A stretch of DNA of 64,000 nucleotides, taken from Luteibacter sp. GTDB taxonomy: Bacteria > Pseudomonadota > Gammaproteobacteria > Xanthomonadales > Rhodanobacteraceae. The notes below the pieces were generated by a model. That model had not been told where the DNA came from and did not search any database. It worked only from the letters and a program-made list of their open reading frames with translations. The stretch's first letter is position 1. Each line of letters starts with the position of its first letter. The position numbers and the translations under genes are program-made. This document shows, in pieces, positions 41,589 to 50,016 of the stretch. The stretch covers positions 17,400 to 81,399 of the forward strand of contig DASYLE010000147.1 of the NCBI GenBank assembly GCA_036009745.1, written 5' to 3'.

Positions 41589-42635
41589 GTGACGAAACGC
41601 GATACGCCAGACACGCCCCCTGTCATCAGCGAAGAGGCGCGCGCCGCACTCACCACCGAAGCCGGCAGGCTGGCCGCGGGCAGCGGCTCACCGTTTGCCG
41701 CGCGCGTCGCGCAACTGGTCGCCGCGAACGAAGCACTGGTCCTCTCTTCACTGGAGATGCGCAAGGAAACCGACGCGGCCACGCAGGCACTGCACACCTT
41801 TTCCCTGTCCGCGGGGCTGGATCTCATTGCCCACGAGCGTCACTACGAACAGTTGCGCGAGGCGAATGAAAAATTGGTGCTAGCCGCGCTCAATGCACAC
41901 GAATTGCTGGCTGCCGCGGAACTTGCCCGGGTCCGCCATGCGGATTTCCTCGCCGTGCTTGCCCACGAGTTACGCACGCCATTGACCCCGATCCGCCTGG
42001 CTGCATCGATGCTCGATGACACGCGCCTGGAAGACCTGCCGAAGATGAAGGCTGTCATCGAGCGCCAGGTGCTGCATATCACTCGCTTGCTGGTGGATGT
42101 CCTGGAAGTCTCGCGCGCGGGCGTCGGCAAGTTGCGCCTGACGAAAAAGCGCCTTGATATCGCCGAAATCCTGGAACAGGCCGTCGATACCTGTGTCCCG
42201 GCCATGGATGTACGCAAACAGCGTTTTCACTCGAGCCTGTCGCCAACGCCGGTGATGATCCATGGCGATCCCGTGCGCCTCGCGCAGGTTTTCGTCAACC
42301 TGCTGGATAACGCCTCCAAGTACACGCCCCAGGGCGGCGAGATCGAACTGACCGTGGCCAATACCGGCAATGAACTGGTGATCACGGTGATCGACAGCGG
42401 CATAGGCATGACGACGGCCACGCTCGCCTCGATGTTCGAGCCCTTCGTGCAGGATCCGCAGGCAGTGGCCTTCAACGGCGATGGCCTGGGTATCGGCCTG
42501 ACCGTGGTCCGTGAACTGGTGGAGGCACATGGCGGCCAGGTGATAGCGACCAGCGCCGGCAGCGGCCATGGCAGCGAGTTCATCGTCACCCTGCCGATTG
42601 GTGACGAGTCCGCAATGGATGAAAGCGCAACGTGA
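41589..42635 (+). CDS. Cytoplasmic sensor histidine kinase
   Basis: LAHELRTPL (H-box), NLLDNASKY (N), DSGIG (G1), GLGIGL (G2); no TM segment. Confidence 0.95.
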   Translation: MTKRDTPDTPPVISEEARAALTTEAGRLAAGSGSPFAARVAQLVAANEALVLSSLEMRKETDAATQALHTFSLSAGLDLIAHERHYEQLREANEKLVLAALNAHELLAAAELARVRHADFLAVLAHELRTPLTPIRLAASMLDDTRLEDLPKMKAVIERQVLHITRLLVDVLEVSRAGVGKLRLTKKRLDIAEILEQAVDTCVPAMDVRKQRFHSSLSPTPVMIHGDPVRLAQVFVNLLDNASKYTPQGGEIELTVANTGNELVITVIDSGIGMTTATLASMFEPFVQDPQAVAFNGDGLGIGLTVVRELVEAHGGQVIATSAGSGHGSEFIVTLPIGDESAMDESAT

Positions 42636-42763
42636 TCGACCTTTCGCCGCAGGGCCTGGGAACCGATGACTATTCGGATATTGAAGCGGCAAGGTTCAGG
42701 CGACACTGTCGGGCATAACAAGGCCTTCCGCCAGACGGACCTTGGTTTTGCCGTGGATTCACC

Positions 42764-43018
42764 GTGCTCCCCAGCGGGAAAACCCGTTACATGGTCTTGC
42801 TCGACATTCCATTCCAACCCGACGCATCCGCCTGCTGGCGGATATCCGTGCCCGGTGAAGGCGTGCGGGTCTTCGCCGAAAGGCATGCGGCGTTGCGGTT
42901 CGCCATGGACCTGGCAAAAAAGCAGGACGAAACCGTGGGCCATGTGACCTACATCAGCCTGGAAGGCGCCGATGGCCGCTGGCGGCTTTTCGATGCCAAC
43001 TTTCGCACCGTCGATTGA
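42764..43018 (+). CDS. Small hypothetical protein (paralogue of 60086-60313)
   Basis: F..R.AA.RFAM..A...IS.EGADG.WR.FD motif shared with the second copy; start uncertain (42764 or ATG 42791). Confidence 0.7.
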   Translation: MLPSGKTRYMVLLDIPFQPDASACWRISVPGEGVRVFAERHAALRFAMDLAKKQDETVGHVTYISLEGADGRWRLFDANFRTVD

Positions 43019-43082
43019 CGCGGGCATTGACGACGCCCGCCTCGCCGACTGAAAGTCACGTTTTTGCGATCCGGACCACCCC

Positions 43083-43505
43083 ATGCTGATCACCGGGCGC
43101 TGCCACTGCGGCAATATCGCCTTCGCCCTCGACTGGACGCCGGAACCCCTGGAGATTCCAGCGCGTGCCTGCACTTGCACGTTCTGCACAAAGCATGGCG
43201 GTGTATGGACGGCGTGCCCGGAAGGCTCGCTTCGGGTAACCGTCGACGATCCCTCACGGGTGTCGAGGTACGCCTTCGAAACCAGGACGGCGGAGTTCCA
43301 CATCTGCACCGGCTGTGGCGTCGTGCCGCTGGCGACCAGCCGCATCGATGAATGCCTCTACGCGGTCGTCAACGTCAACACGTTCGAAGGCGTCGATCCG
43401 TCGCTACTCCGCCGGGCGCCCTCGGCACTCGATGGCGAGACCGGGAGCGATCGCCTGGCCCGGCGCAAACGGAACTGGATTGCCCGGGTCACGATACACG
43501 GCTGA
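43083..43505 (+). CDS. GFA/CENP-V family Zn-binding protein
   Basis: GRCHCG, CTCTFC, FHICTGCG, AVVNV. Confidence 0.9.
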   Translation: MLITGRCHCGNIAFALDWTPEPLEIPARACTCTFCTKHGGVWTACPEGSLRVTVDDPSRVSRYAFETRTAEFHICTGCGVVPLATSRIDECLYAVVNVNTFEGVDPSLLRRAPSALDGETGSDRLARRKRNWIARVTIHG

Positions 43506-43559
43506 CGGCCACGCCATGGCAGGCCACGGTCGCAGACGGCACGTTATTGACGCAATGCG

Positions 43560-43871
43560 TCAGGAACGCGACCGGGCCGAGGATCCCACCAGGGCCAGCG
43601 CCAGTACCAGGACATAGGGCCAGAGGAAGAGCAGCAGCGACGCCGGCCAATCCCAACCCCAGCCGGAATGGGCGCCGAGGATACCGGCCACTGTTCCCAC
43701 GAAGGGAATGTAGGCGAGGATCGCGGCTACCACGATCGACCAGATCGTCCCCAGGCCCCACCAGACGTGCGCCGCGGACATGATCGCGGCGAACTGCAGC
43801 ACGCCGACCAGAAAATAGATGAGTTTCACGAGCCCGCCAAACGCAAGTCCCTTCGCTTGAAAACCGCCCAT
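43560..43871 (-). CDS. Small integral membrane hypothetical protein
   Basis: Three to four hydrophobic helices (IYFLVGVLQFAAI..., AYIPFVGTVAG..WGW). Confidence 0.7.
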   Translation of the reverse strand: MGGFQAKGLAFGGLVKLIYFLVGVLQFAAIMSAAHVWWGLGTIWSIVVAAILAYIPFVGTVAGILGAHSGWGWDWPASLLLFLWPYVLVLALALVGSSARSRS

Positions 43872-44090
43872 CGTCCAGCCACCCCTGTTGAAAGTCGCGA
43901 AGTATGAAGCAAGGCCTATGCCATCGCCCAGCGCGCTTCTCTTCAGGTCGTCCCCGGGCGAATCATGCCGTATCTTGCGATGTACGCCTATCGTCGCCGA
44001 CACGCTTGACGGCACCGGTGTACCACGCGATATTCCTGCGGCCCCCTCCCCGGGCCGCCCTCGTCGCGGCCACCGATCCCCGGACACCCG

Positions 44091-44888
44091 ATGCCATATC
44101 GTGCAAGTGCGCCGTTTACCGCGCTATCGCTGACCGCCCTGGTCTTCGCCCTCGTTGCAACCGATGCACTTGCCGGACCGATCCAGGTCTACGGATACAC
44201 GGTCGTTCACAGCTATCCGCACGATACGCGGGCGTTCACCGAGGGATTGTTCTACGACAGTGGGTACCTGTACGAAAGCACCGGTGAGCCGGGTCAATCG
44301 TCCGTGCGCAAGGTCGAGCTGGAAACCGGCAAGGTGCTGACGCGGACCGACCTGCCGGCGACCTACTTCGGCGAGGGTATCGTCGCCTGGGACCATCGGC
44401 TGTACCAGGTTACCTGGCGCCAGCAGGTCGGCATCATCTACGACTTCGCCACGCTGAAGAAGACCGGCGACTTCACCTATGCCGGCGAAGGCTGGGCCAT
44501 GACGCACGATGCGAGCCATATTTATCTCAGCGACGGCACGCCCGACATACGCATCCTCGATCCGCATACCCTTGCGAACGTCGGAGCCATCCACGTCACG
44601 GCCAATGGCCGGCCGGTGAACAACATCAACGAACTGGAATGGGTGAAGGGCGAGATCTACGCCAATATCTGGCAGACCGATGTCATCGTCCGTATCGACC
44701 CGCTCAATGGCCAGGTTGTCGGCGTGATCGACCTGCATGGCCTGTTCGACCATGCCAGCCTGCCCGATCCGGTCGACGACGTGCCCAACGGCATCGCCTA
44801 CGATGAAAAACACGACCGCCTCTTCGTCACCGGCAAGCGCTGGCCGAAACTCTTCGAGATCAAGCTGAAGGCGCCGTCGGCGCCATGA
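44091..44888 (+). CDS. Glutaminyl-peptide cyclotransferase (type I, beta-propeller)
   Basis: YPHD.RAFTEGL, YESTG, FGEGI, EGWAMT, INELEWV.GEIYANIWQ, NGIAYD..LFVTGKRWP. Confidence 0.95.
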   Translation: MPYRASAPFTALSLTALVFALVATDALAGPIQVYGYTVVHSYPHDTRAFTEGLFYDSGYLYESTGEPGQSSVRKVELETGKVLTRTDLPATYFGEGIVAWDHRLYQVTWRQQVGIIYDFATLKKTGDFTYAGEGWAMTHDASHIYLSDGTPDIRILDPHTLANVGAIHVTANGRPVNNINELEWVKGEIYANIWQTDVIVRIDPLNGQVVGVIDLHGLFDHASLPDPVDDVPNGIAYDEKHDRLFVTGKRWPKLFEIKLKAPSAP

Positions 44889-45070
44889 CGCCCTTCGCAA
44901 GTTAATGCGCAAAACACCTCGCGCGAACAAACGGGAAATCATCCTGTCCAAGCAGCGGCCCAGGATCCCTCGCCTCCCGACACATCCTGGCGCAGCTTGC
45001 CAGCGTGCGTGAAACAGGAAACCCTTGCCCTTCGTGCGCCCCCTCTTCGGCCTGTGTGACTGGAGCTTCA

Positions 45071-47728
45071 GTGAAAAAGCATGTGATATCCGCCGCCATC
45101 GCGCTGGCCCTGATCGGCGCGGCATCGGTGAAGGCCGAAGATACCGACGTCACCCGGGCCACGCTCGATAACGGCTTGCGCGTGGTGATCGTGCGCGACG
45201 CGCTGGCGCCGGTGGTAACCACGGAGATGAATTACCTCGCCGGCTCGGACGAAGTGCCCGCCGCGTTCCCGGGAACCGCGCATGCCGTCGAGCACATGAT
45301 GTTCCGTGGCGGCCCTGGCCTGTCGAAGGACCAGCTGGCCGCCGTCGCGGCGAACATGGGCGGCGCATTCAATGCGCAGACCACGCAAAGTGTTACCCAG
45401 TATTACTTCGTTACCCCATCGCGTGACCTGGACGTGGCGCTGCATGTCGAGGCATCGCGCATGCGCGGCGTCGACATGGACCAGGCCGAATGGGCCAAGG
45501 AGCGCAATGCGATCGAACAGGAAGTGTCGCGCGATCTTTCCAGTCCCGATTTCAAGTTCTTCACCCAGCTGACCGGCCAGATGTTCGCCGGCACGCCGTA
45601 CGCGCATACCCCACTCGGCACCCGGGAGTCGTTCGACAAAACCACCGGCGCGATGCTCAAACAGTTCCACGACACCTGGTACACGCCCAACAACGCGATC
45701 CTGGTAATTGCCGGCGATGTCGACCCGGCGACCACGCTGGCCGAAGTGAAGGCCCGCTTCGGTGACATTCCGCGCAAGGATTTGCCGGCGCGACCAGGCT
45801 TCGATTTCAAACCCACCACCGCGCAAACCATCAAGCTGCCGACGGACAGTCCTTACGGTTCGGTATATCTCGGTTACCGCACGCCGGGCAAGCACTCGCC
45901 CGACTACGCCACCGCCCTAGTCATGACCAGTGCGCTTGGCTCTCAACGTGCCGCGCTCTATGGCATGGGTGTGGATGGCACCGCCTTGTATGGCGGCTTC
46001 GGCGATTCGACCATGCCCGAGGCCGGCGTCGGCATGGCCGTGGGTATCTTTCCGCGTGGCGGCAACCCACAACCCGTGCTGCAGCGCATGCAGGCCATCC
46101 TCGCCGAAGCGGCTGGCAAAGGCATCGATCCGGCCCTTGTTGAATCGGCCAAACGCAAGGCGATCGCCGGCCTGGAGTTCGAGAAGAATTCGGTAAACGG
46201 CCTGGCCAACGCATGGTCGGACGCGCTTGCCTTCGACGGCCAGGCGTCGCCCGACGCGATCAAGCAAGCCATCGAAGCCGTTACTCCCGCCGCGGTCGAC
46301 GCGCTGGCGAAAGACACCTTCGATCCGGCCCATGCCTTCACCGCGATCCTCACGCCGGAAAGTTCCGGAAAGTCCGTGGCCAGCAACGGCTTCGGCGGCG
46401 CCGAAAGCTTCGCCAGCAGCCCGGACAAGCCCGTCGCCCTCCCAGCGTGGGCCGAACAGGCCTTCGCCAAGCTCGATGTGCCACATTCGATGCTGCATCC
46501 GACGGCGTATACCTTGCCCAACGGACTGAAGCTGATCGTGCAGCCCGAGTCGGTGAGCGATACCGTCGAACTGATCGGGCAGATCCAGACCAATGCCGAT
46601 CTGCAGACCCCGAAGGGCGAGGAAGGTGCCAACGAAGTGCTGGATGGCATGTTCCAGTTTGGCACCGCCGACCTGGACCGGCTGGGCTTCCAGCAAGCGC
46701 TCGATGCGATCACCGCGCATGAGTCGGCCGGCGAACACTTCGCGCTTGGCGTACCGGCGGAACACTTCGCCGAAGGGCTGAAACTGCTCGCCGCCAATGA
46801 ACTGCATCCCGCCCTGCCGCAACAGGCGTTCTCGCTGATGCAAAAACAGCAGGCCGGACTCTGGGCCGGCGAAATCCAGTCGCCGGCCTTCCTCGACGAA
46901 CTCGGCATGGACCGCGCCCTGCTGCCGGCGAATGATCCGCAGCTTCGCCATGCCTCGCCGCAAAGCCTGTCCAGCCTGACCTACGATAAGGTCAAGCAGT
47001 ACTACGCGCAGGTGTTTCGTCCCGACATGACCACGATCGTCGTCGTCGGCAAGATCGACCCGGAGCGGGCAAAAGTCCTTGTCGAGCAAGCCTTCGGTGC
47101 CTGGCAGGCCAGCGGTTCGAAACCGGACGTCGATTACCCCGCCGTGCCGAACAACCTGGCGGGTGAATTGCATACACCCGATTCGAGCGCGAAGCAGGAC
47201 AGCGTGCGCATGGCTGAGGTCATCGACATTACCCGCGACGATCCGGCGCGTTATGCGCTCAGGCTCGGCGACGAAGTACTCGGCGGCGGCTTCTACGCCT
47301 CCTGGTTGTTCCGCGACCTGCGCGACAAGACCGGCCTGGTCTACAGCGTCGATACCGCGTTCGACCTGGACAAGCACCGCAGTGTCTACTCGGTAAGCTT
47401 CGGTGCCGATCCGGACAAGGTGAAGCCCGCCCGCGCGTTGATCCTGAAGGATCTCAAGCGGATCCAGAGCGAACCAATTGCCGATAGCGAGCTCCAGCGC
47501 GCCAAGGGTATCCTGCTGAGGCATATCCCGCTCGGCGAATCCAGCTTCGGCAGCATCGCCGGTCAGTTGCTCACCTATGCGACCTGGGGCCTGCCGCTCA
47601 ACCAGAACATCATCGCCGGACAACACTACCTCGATCTCACCGCCCCGGACATCCAGCAGGCATACGCCCGGCACATCCGTACCGATGCCTTCGTGACCGC
47701 GGTAAAAGGTCCGGCAGCAAAGAACTGA
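45071..47728 (+). CDS. Secreted M16 family (pitrilysin/insulinase-like) zinc peptidase
   Basis: Signal peptide; TLDNGLRVVI; GTAHAVEHMMFRG (HxxEH); NAQT; second degenerate half starting TLPNGLKLIV. Confidence 0.94.
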   Translation: MKKHVISAAIALALIGAASVKAEDTDVTRATLDNGLRVVIVRDALAPVVTTEMNYLAGSDEVPAAFPGTAHAVEHMMFRGGPGLSKDQLAAVAANMGGAFNAQTTQSVTQYYFVTPSRDLDVALHVEASRMRGVDMDQAEWAKERNAIEQEVSRDLSSPDFKFFTQLTGQMFAGTPYAHTPLGTRESFDKTTGAMLKQFHDTWYTPNNAILVIAGDVDPATTLAEVKARFGDIPRKDLPARPGFDFKPTTAQTIKLPTDSPYGSVYLGYRTPGKHSPDYATALVMTSALGSQRAALYGMGVDGTALYGGFGDSTMPEAGVGMAVGIFPRGGNPQPVLQRMQAILAEAAGKGIDPALVESAKRKAIAGLEFEKNSVNGLANAWSDALAFDGQASPDAIKQAIEAVTPAAVDALAKDTFDPAHAFTAILTPESSGKSVASNGFGGAESFASSPDKPVALPAWAEQAFAKLDVPHSMLHPTAYTLPNGLKLIVQPESVSDTVELIGQIQTNADLQTPKGEEGANEVLDGMFQFGTADLDRLGFQQALDAITAHESAGEHFALGVPAEHFAEGLKLLAANELHPALPQQAFSLMQKQQAGLWAGEIQSPAFLDELGMDRALLPANDPQLRHASPQSLSSLTYDKVKQYYAQVFRPDMTTIVVVGKIDPERAKVLVEQAFGAWQASGSKPDVDYPAVPNNLAGELHTPDSSAKQDSVRMAEVIDITRDDPARYALRLGDEVLGGGFYASWLFRDLRDKTGLVYSVDTAFDLDKHRSVYSVSFGADPDKVKPARALILKDLKRIQSEPIADSELQRAKGILLRHIPLGESSFGSIAGQLLTYATWGLPLNQNIIAGQHYLDLTAPDIQQAYARHIRTDAFVTAVKGPAAKN

Positions 47729-47741
47729 AGGATTCGCACCC

Positions 47742-48236
47742 ATGCTCAAACGAATGACCACACCCCTCGCCCTGCTCGCCTTCACCGGCATGTTGGCCAT
47801 CGCACCGCCATTCGCCCATGCAGCCGGCACCACGCCGGCCCTGCAGGCGTTCGGCAAGGGCGTGCAGGTCTACACCTGCACGGCAACCGGCAATGACTAC
47901 GCGTGGCATCTGAAGGCACCGGAGGCAACCTTGAGCGATGCGCAGGGAAAAGTCATCGGCAAGCATTTCGCCGGCCCGAGCTGGCGTGCCAACGACGGCA
48001 GCACGGTGGTCGGCGAGCCGCTGAATGCATCGCCATCGCCCAACCAGGGAGCGATTCCCTGGCTGGTCCTGCACGCGAAGTCGCACGATGGCAGTGGCGA
48101 CATGGCCAACGTCGCCTATATCGTCCGCACGCAGACGGAAGGCGGCGTCGCCCCGGCAACTGGCTGCGACGCCGGCCACGCGAACACCGAACTGCGCGTG
48201 CCATACACCGCCGTCTACCTCTTCTTCCGCGGCTGA
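47742..48236 (+). CDS. DUF3455 family exported protein
   Basis: GKGVQVYTC, APEATL, GKHFAGPSW, AIPWL, RTQTEGGVAP, VPYTAVYLF. Confidence 0.9.
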   Translation: MLKRMTTPLALLAFTGMLAIAPPFAHAAGTTPALQAFGKGVQVYTCTATGNDYAWHLKAPEATLSDAQGKVIGKHFAGPSWRANDGSTVVGEPLNASPSPNQGAIPWLVLHAKSHDGSGDMANVAYIVRTQTEGGVAPATGCDAGHANTELRVPYTAVYLFFRG

Positions 48237-48258
48237 TATACGGCTATCGGCGCACTGC

Positions 48259-48364
48259 GTGGGAGAGAACCCTGTTCTCGAGTCCCTTGGGGCCGTGACT
48301 TCCAAGAGCTGGCGACCGGGGACTCACCGCTACAAAGGATTCGCGAACAGTGTTCGCTCCCACA
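48259..48364. repeat. Inverted REP doublet (REPIN-like)
   Basis: GTGGGAGAGAACCCTGTTCTCGAG (48259-48282) faces TCGCGAACAGTGTTCGCTCCCACA (48341-48364), with 58 nt between. Confidence 0.7.
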
Positions 48365-48454
48365 ACAAAGGACTCGTGCGGCAGATTGCCAGCCAATCCA
48401 TGGCGGTCACCGGGTTGTGGCAATATCGGTGAGGCCATTGCCCAGGCATCCGTT

Positions 48455-48670
48455 GTGACCGTTCACCAGCGTCCCCATAGCACGTTCCATCTCGCCGGAC
48501 TGCTCCAGTTCGTCGCCTTCGTCACCCTGCTGAGCTGGGGCATCGCCACGCATTCGCATGCGCTGAATGTCGCCCTCGGGATCGTTTACCTGGTGTGGCT
48601 CGTCGTTGGCTCCGCCCTGATCCTACGGCGTCGATGGAAGCGGGGGGATGGCCAGGAGCGCAGGCCGTGA
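48455..48670 (+). CDS. Small two-TM hypothetical protein
   Basis: Two hydrophobic helices followed by RRRWKR; start uncertain. Confidence 0.5.
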   Translation: MTVHQRPHSTFHLAGLLQFVAFVTLLSWGIATHSHALNVALGIVYLVWLVVGSALILRRRWKRGDGQERRP

Positions 48671-48732
48671 GATCGGTTTCGTATTTCAGGCTCACGCCCT
48701 GCAATGACCTGGGGTGGGCATAGAATGACCGT

Positions 48733-49479
48733 ATGCCCATTCCGTATCTGCGCAGCCTGACCGACCGCAACCGTACGCCGCAGGCGGATCGACGCCTGGC
48801 CAGGTACCTCATTTTCATTGCCGGTGCCGCGAATGCCGGGGGATTTATCGCCGTCGGTCGGTATACCTCGCATATGACTGGCACCGTGTCCGCGATGGCG
48901 GACGACCTGGTCCTGGGCGCAGCCACGAGTGTCGTGGCCATCGGCCTGGTCGCCGTGGCGGCGTTTGTCTCCGGAGCCGCGAGCACGGCGCTCCTGGTCA
49001 ACTTCGGTCGCCGTCGCGAACTCCGCAGCCAGTACGCCCTGCCCCTGTTCCTCGAGGGCCTGCTCCTGACGGCCTTCGCCTTCAATTCCGGTCACGCCTT
49101 CGATCAGGCCAGTACCCTGCTGTGGACCGCCCTCCTCAGCTATGTCATGGGTTTGCAGAACGCCATGGTGACGAAGATTTCCAAGGCGGTCGTCCGCACG
49201 ACGCATATCACCGGGATGGTGACCGACATCGGTATCGAACTGGGAAAACTCGTCTACATCAATGAGCGGTCCTCGCGGCATACACCCGTCCGTGCGGACC
49301 GCGACAAGCTCCAGCTCCTCGGCTCGCTGGTCGCCTTGTTCTTTGTCGGCGGCATTGGCGGAGCCTTCGCCTTCGAGCGGTATGGTTATGCCTCGGCGCT
49401 GGTGCTGGCCGTGATGCTTTTCATGCTTGCCATCGTACCCATGGCGGACGATCTCTTCAGCATGCGTAGCGGCACCTGA
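48733..49479 (+). CDS. YoaK/DUF1275 family membrane protein
   Basis: AGAANAGGF, TSHMTG, MGLQNAMVT...VRTTHITGMVTDIG. Confidence 0.93.
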   Translation: MPIPYLRSLTDRNRTPQADRRLARYLIFIAGAANAGGFIAVGRYTSHMTGTVSAMADDLVLGAATSVVAIGLVAVAAFVSGAASTALLVNFGRRRELRSQYALPLFLEGLLLTAFAFNSGHAFDQASTLLWTALLSYVMGLQNAMVTKISKAVVRTTHITGMVTDIGIELGKLVYINERSSRHTPVRADRDKLQLLGSLVALFFVGGIGGAFAFERYGYASALVLAVMLFMLAIVPMADDLFSMRSGT

Positions 49480-49593
49480 CCGCCGAACTCTTTGCAAAGG
49501 TTTTACGCCGGCGCCGACACCCGCTGTAACCTCTTTACGCCCGCCGGCCCGAAGATGTCGCTACCGCAGATCCTGCGTCAGAGGCATTCGATA

Positions 49594-50010
49594 GTGACCA
49601 TTGCGATTATCCAGGGGCCGAGTGCACGCGTCGGCATGGTCGGAGCGGACCTTTTGACCGATCTCCAACGTGTGGCACGGGCTGCCGGCCAGACCCTGGT
49701 CGTCCTCACCTGCTCCGGCCTGAAGGAGCTGGTCGTCACTATCCGCGCGATCAGGCAGAGCCAGGACAACGTCATGCTGCTCGCCCCCGGCGACCTGGCC
49801 CAGCAGGCCGAGGATCATCCGGAAGAAGGTCTGGACGATGCCCTGGACGAGCTGCCAAGGCCGTATATCGAAATCCATACCGATAGCGATGCCACGCTAG
49901 GCCGCACCCACGGTCCGCACAGGCCCGCGCCGGCCACCGTATGCATCAACGGCGATCTGGCGACCAGTTACCGCATCGCCCTCGGGATCGCCTTGCGGCT
50001 GGAAGCCTGA
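49594..50010 (+). CDS. Degenerate type II 3-dehydroquinate dehydratase-like protein
   Basis: IAIIQGP, LLAPGD and PYIEIHTDS align to AroQ NGPNLN / NPAA / EVHISN, but the catalytic lid is missing. Start GTG 49594 or ATG 49555. Confidence 0.7.
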   Translation: MTIAIIQGPSARVGMVGADLLTDLQRVARAAGQTLVVLTCSGLKELVVTIRAIRQSQDNVMLLAPGDLAQQAEDHPEEGLDDALDELPRPYIEIHTDSDATLGRTHGPHRPAPATVCINGDLATSYRIALGIALRLEA

Positions 50011-50016
50011 CGGCCG

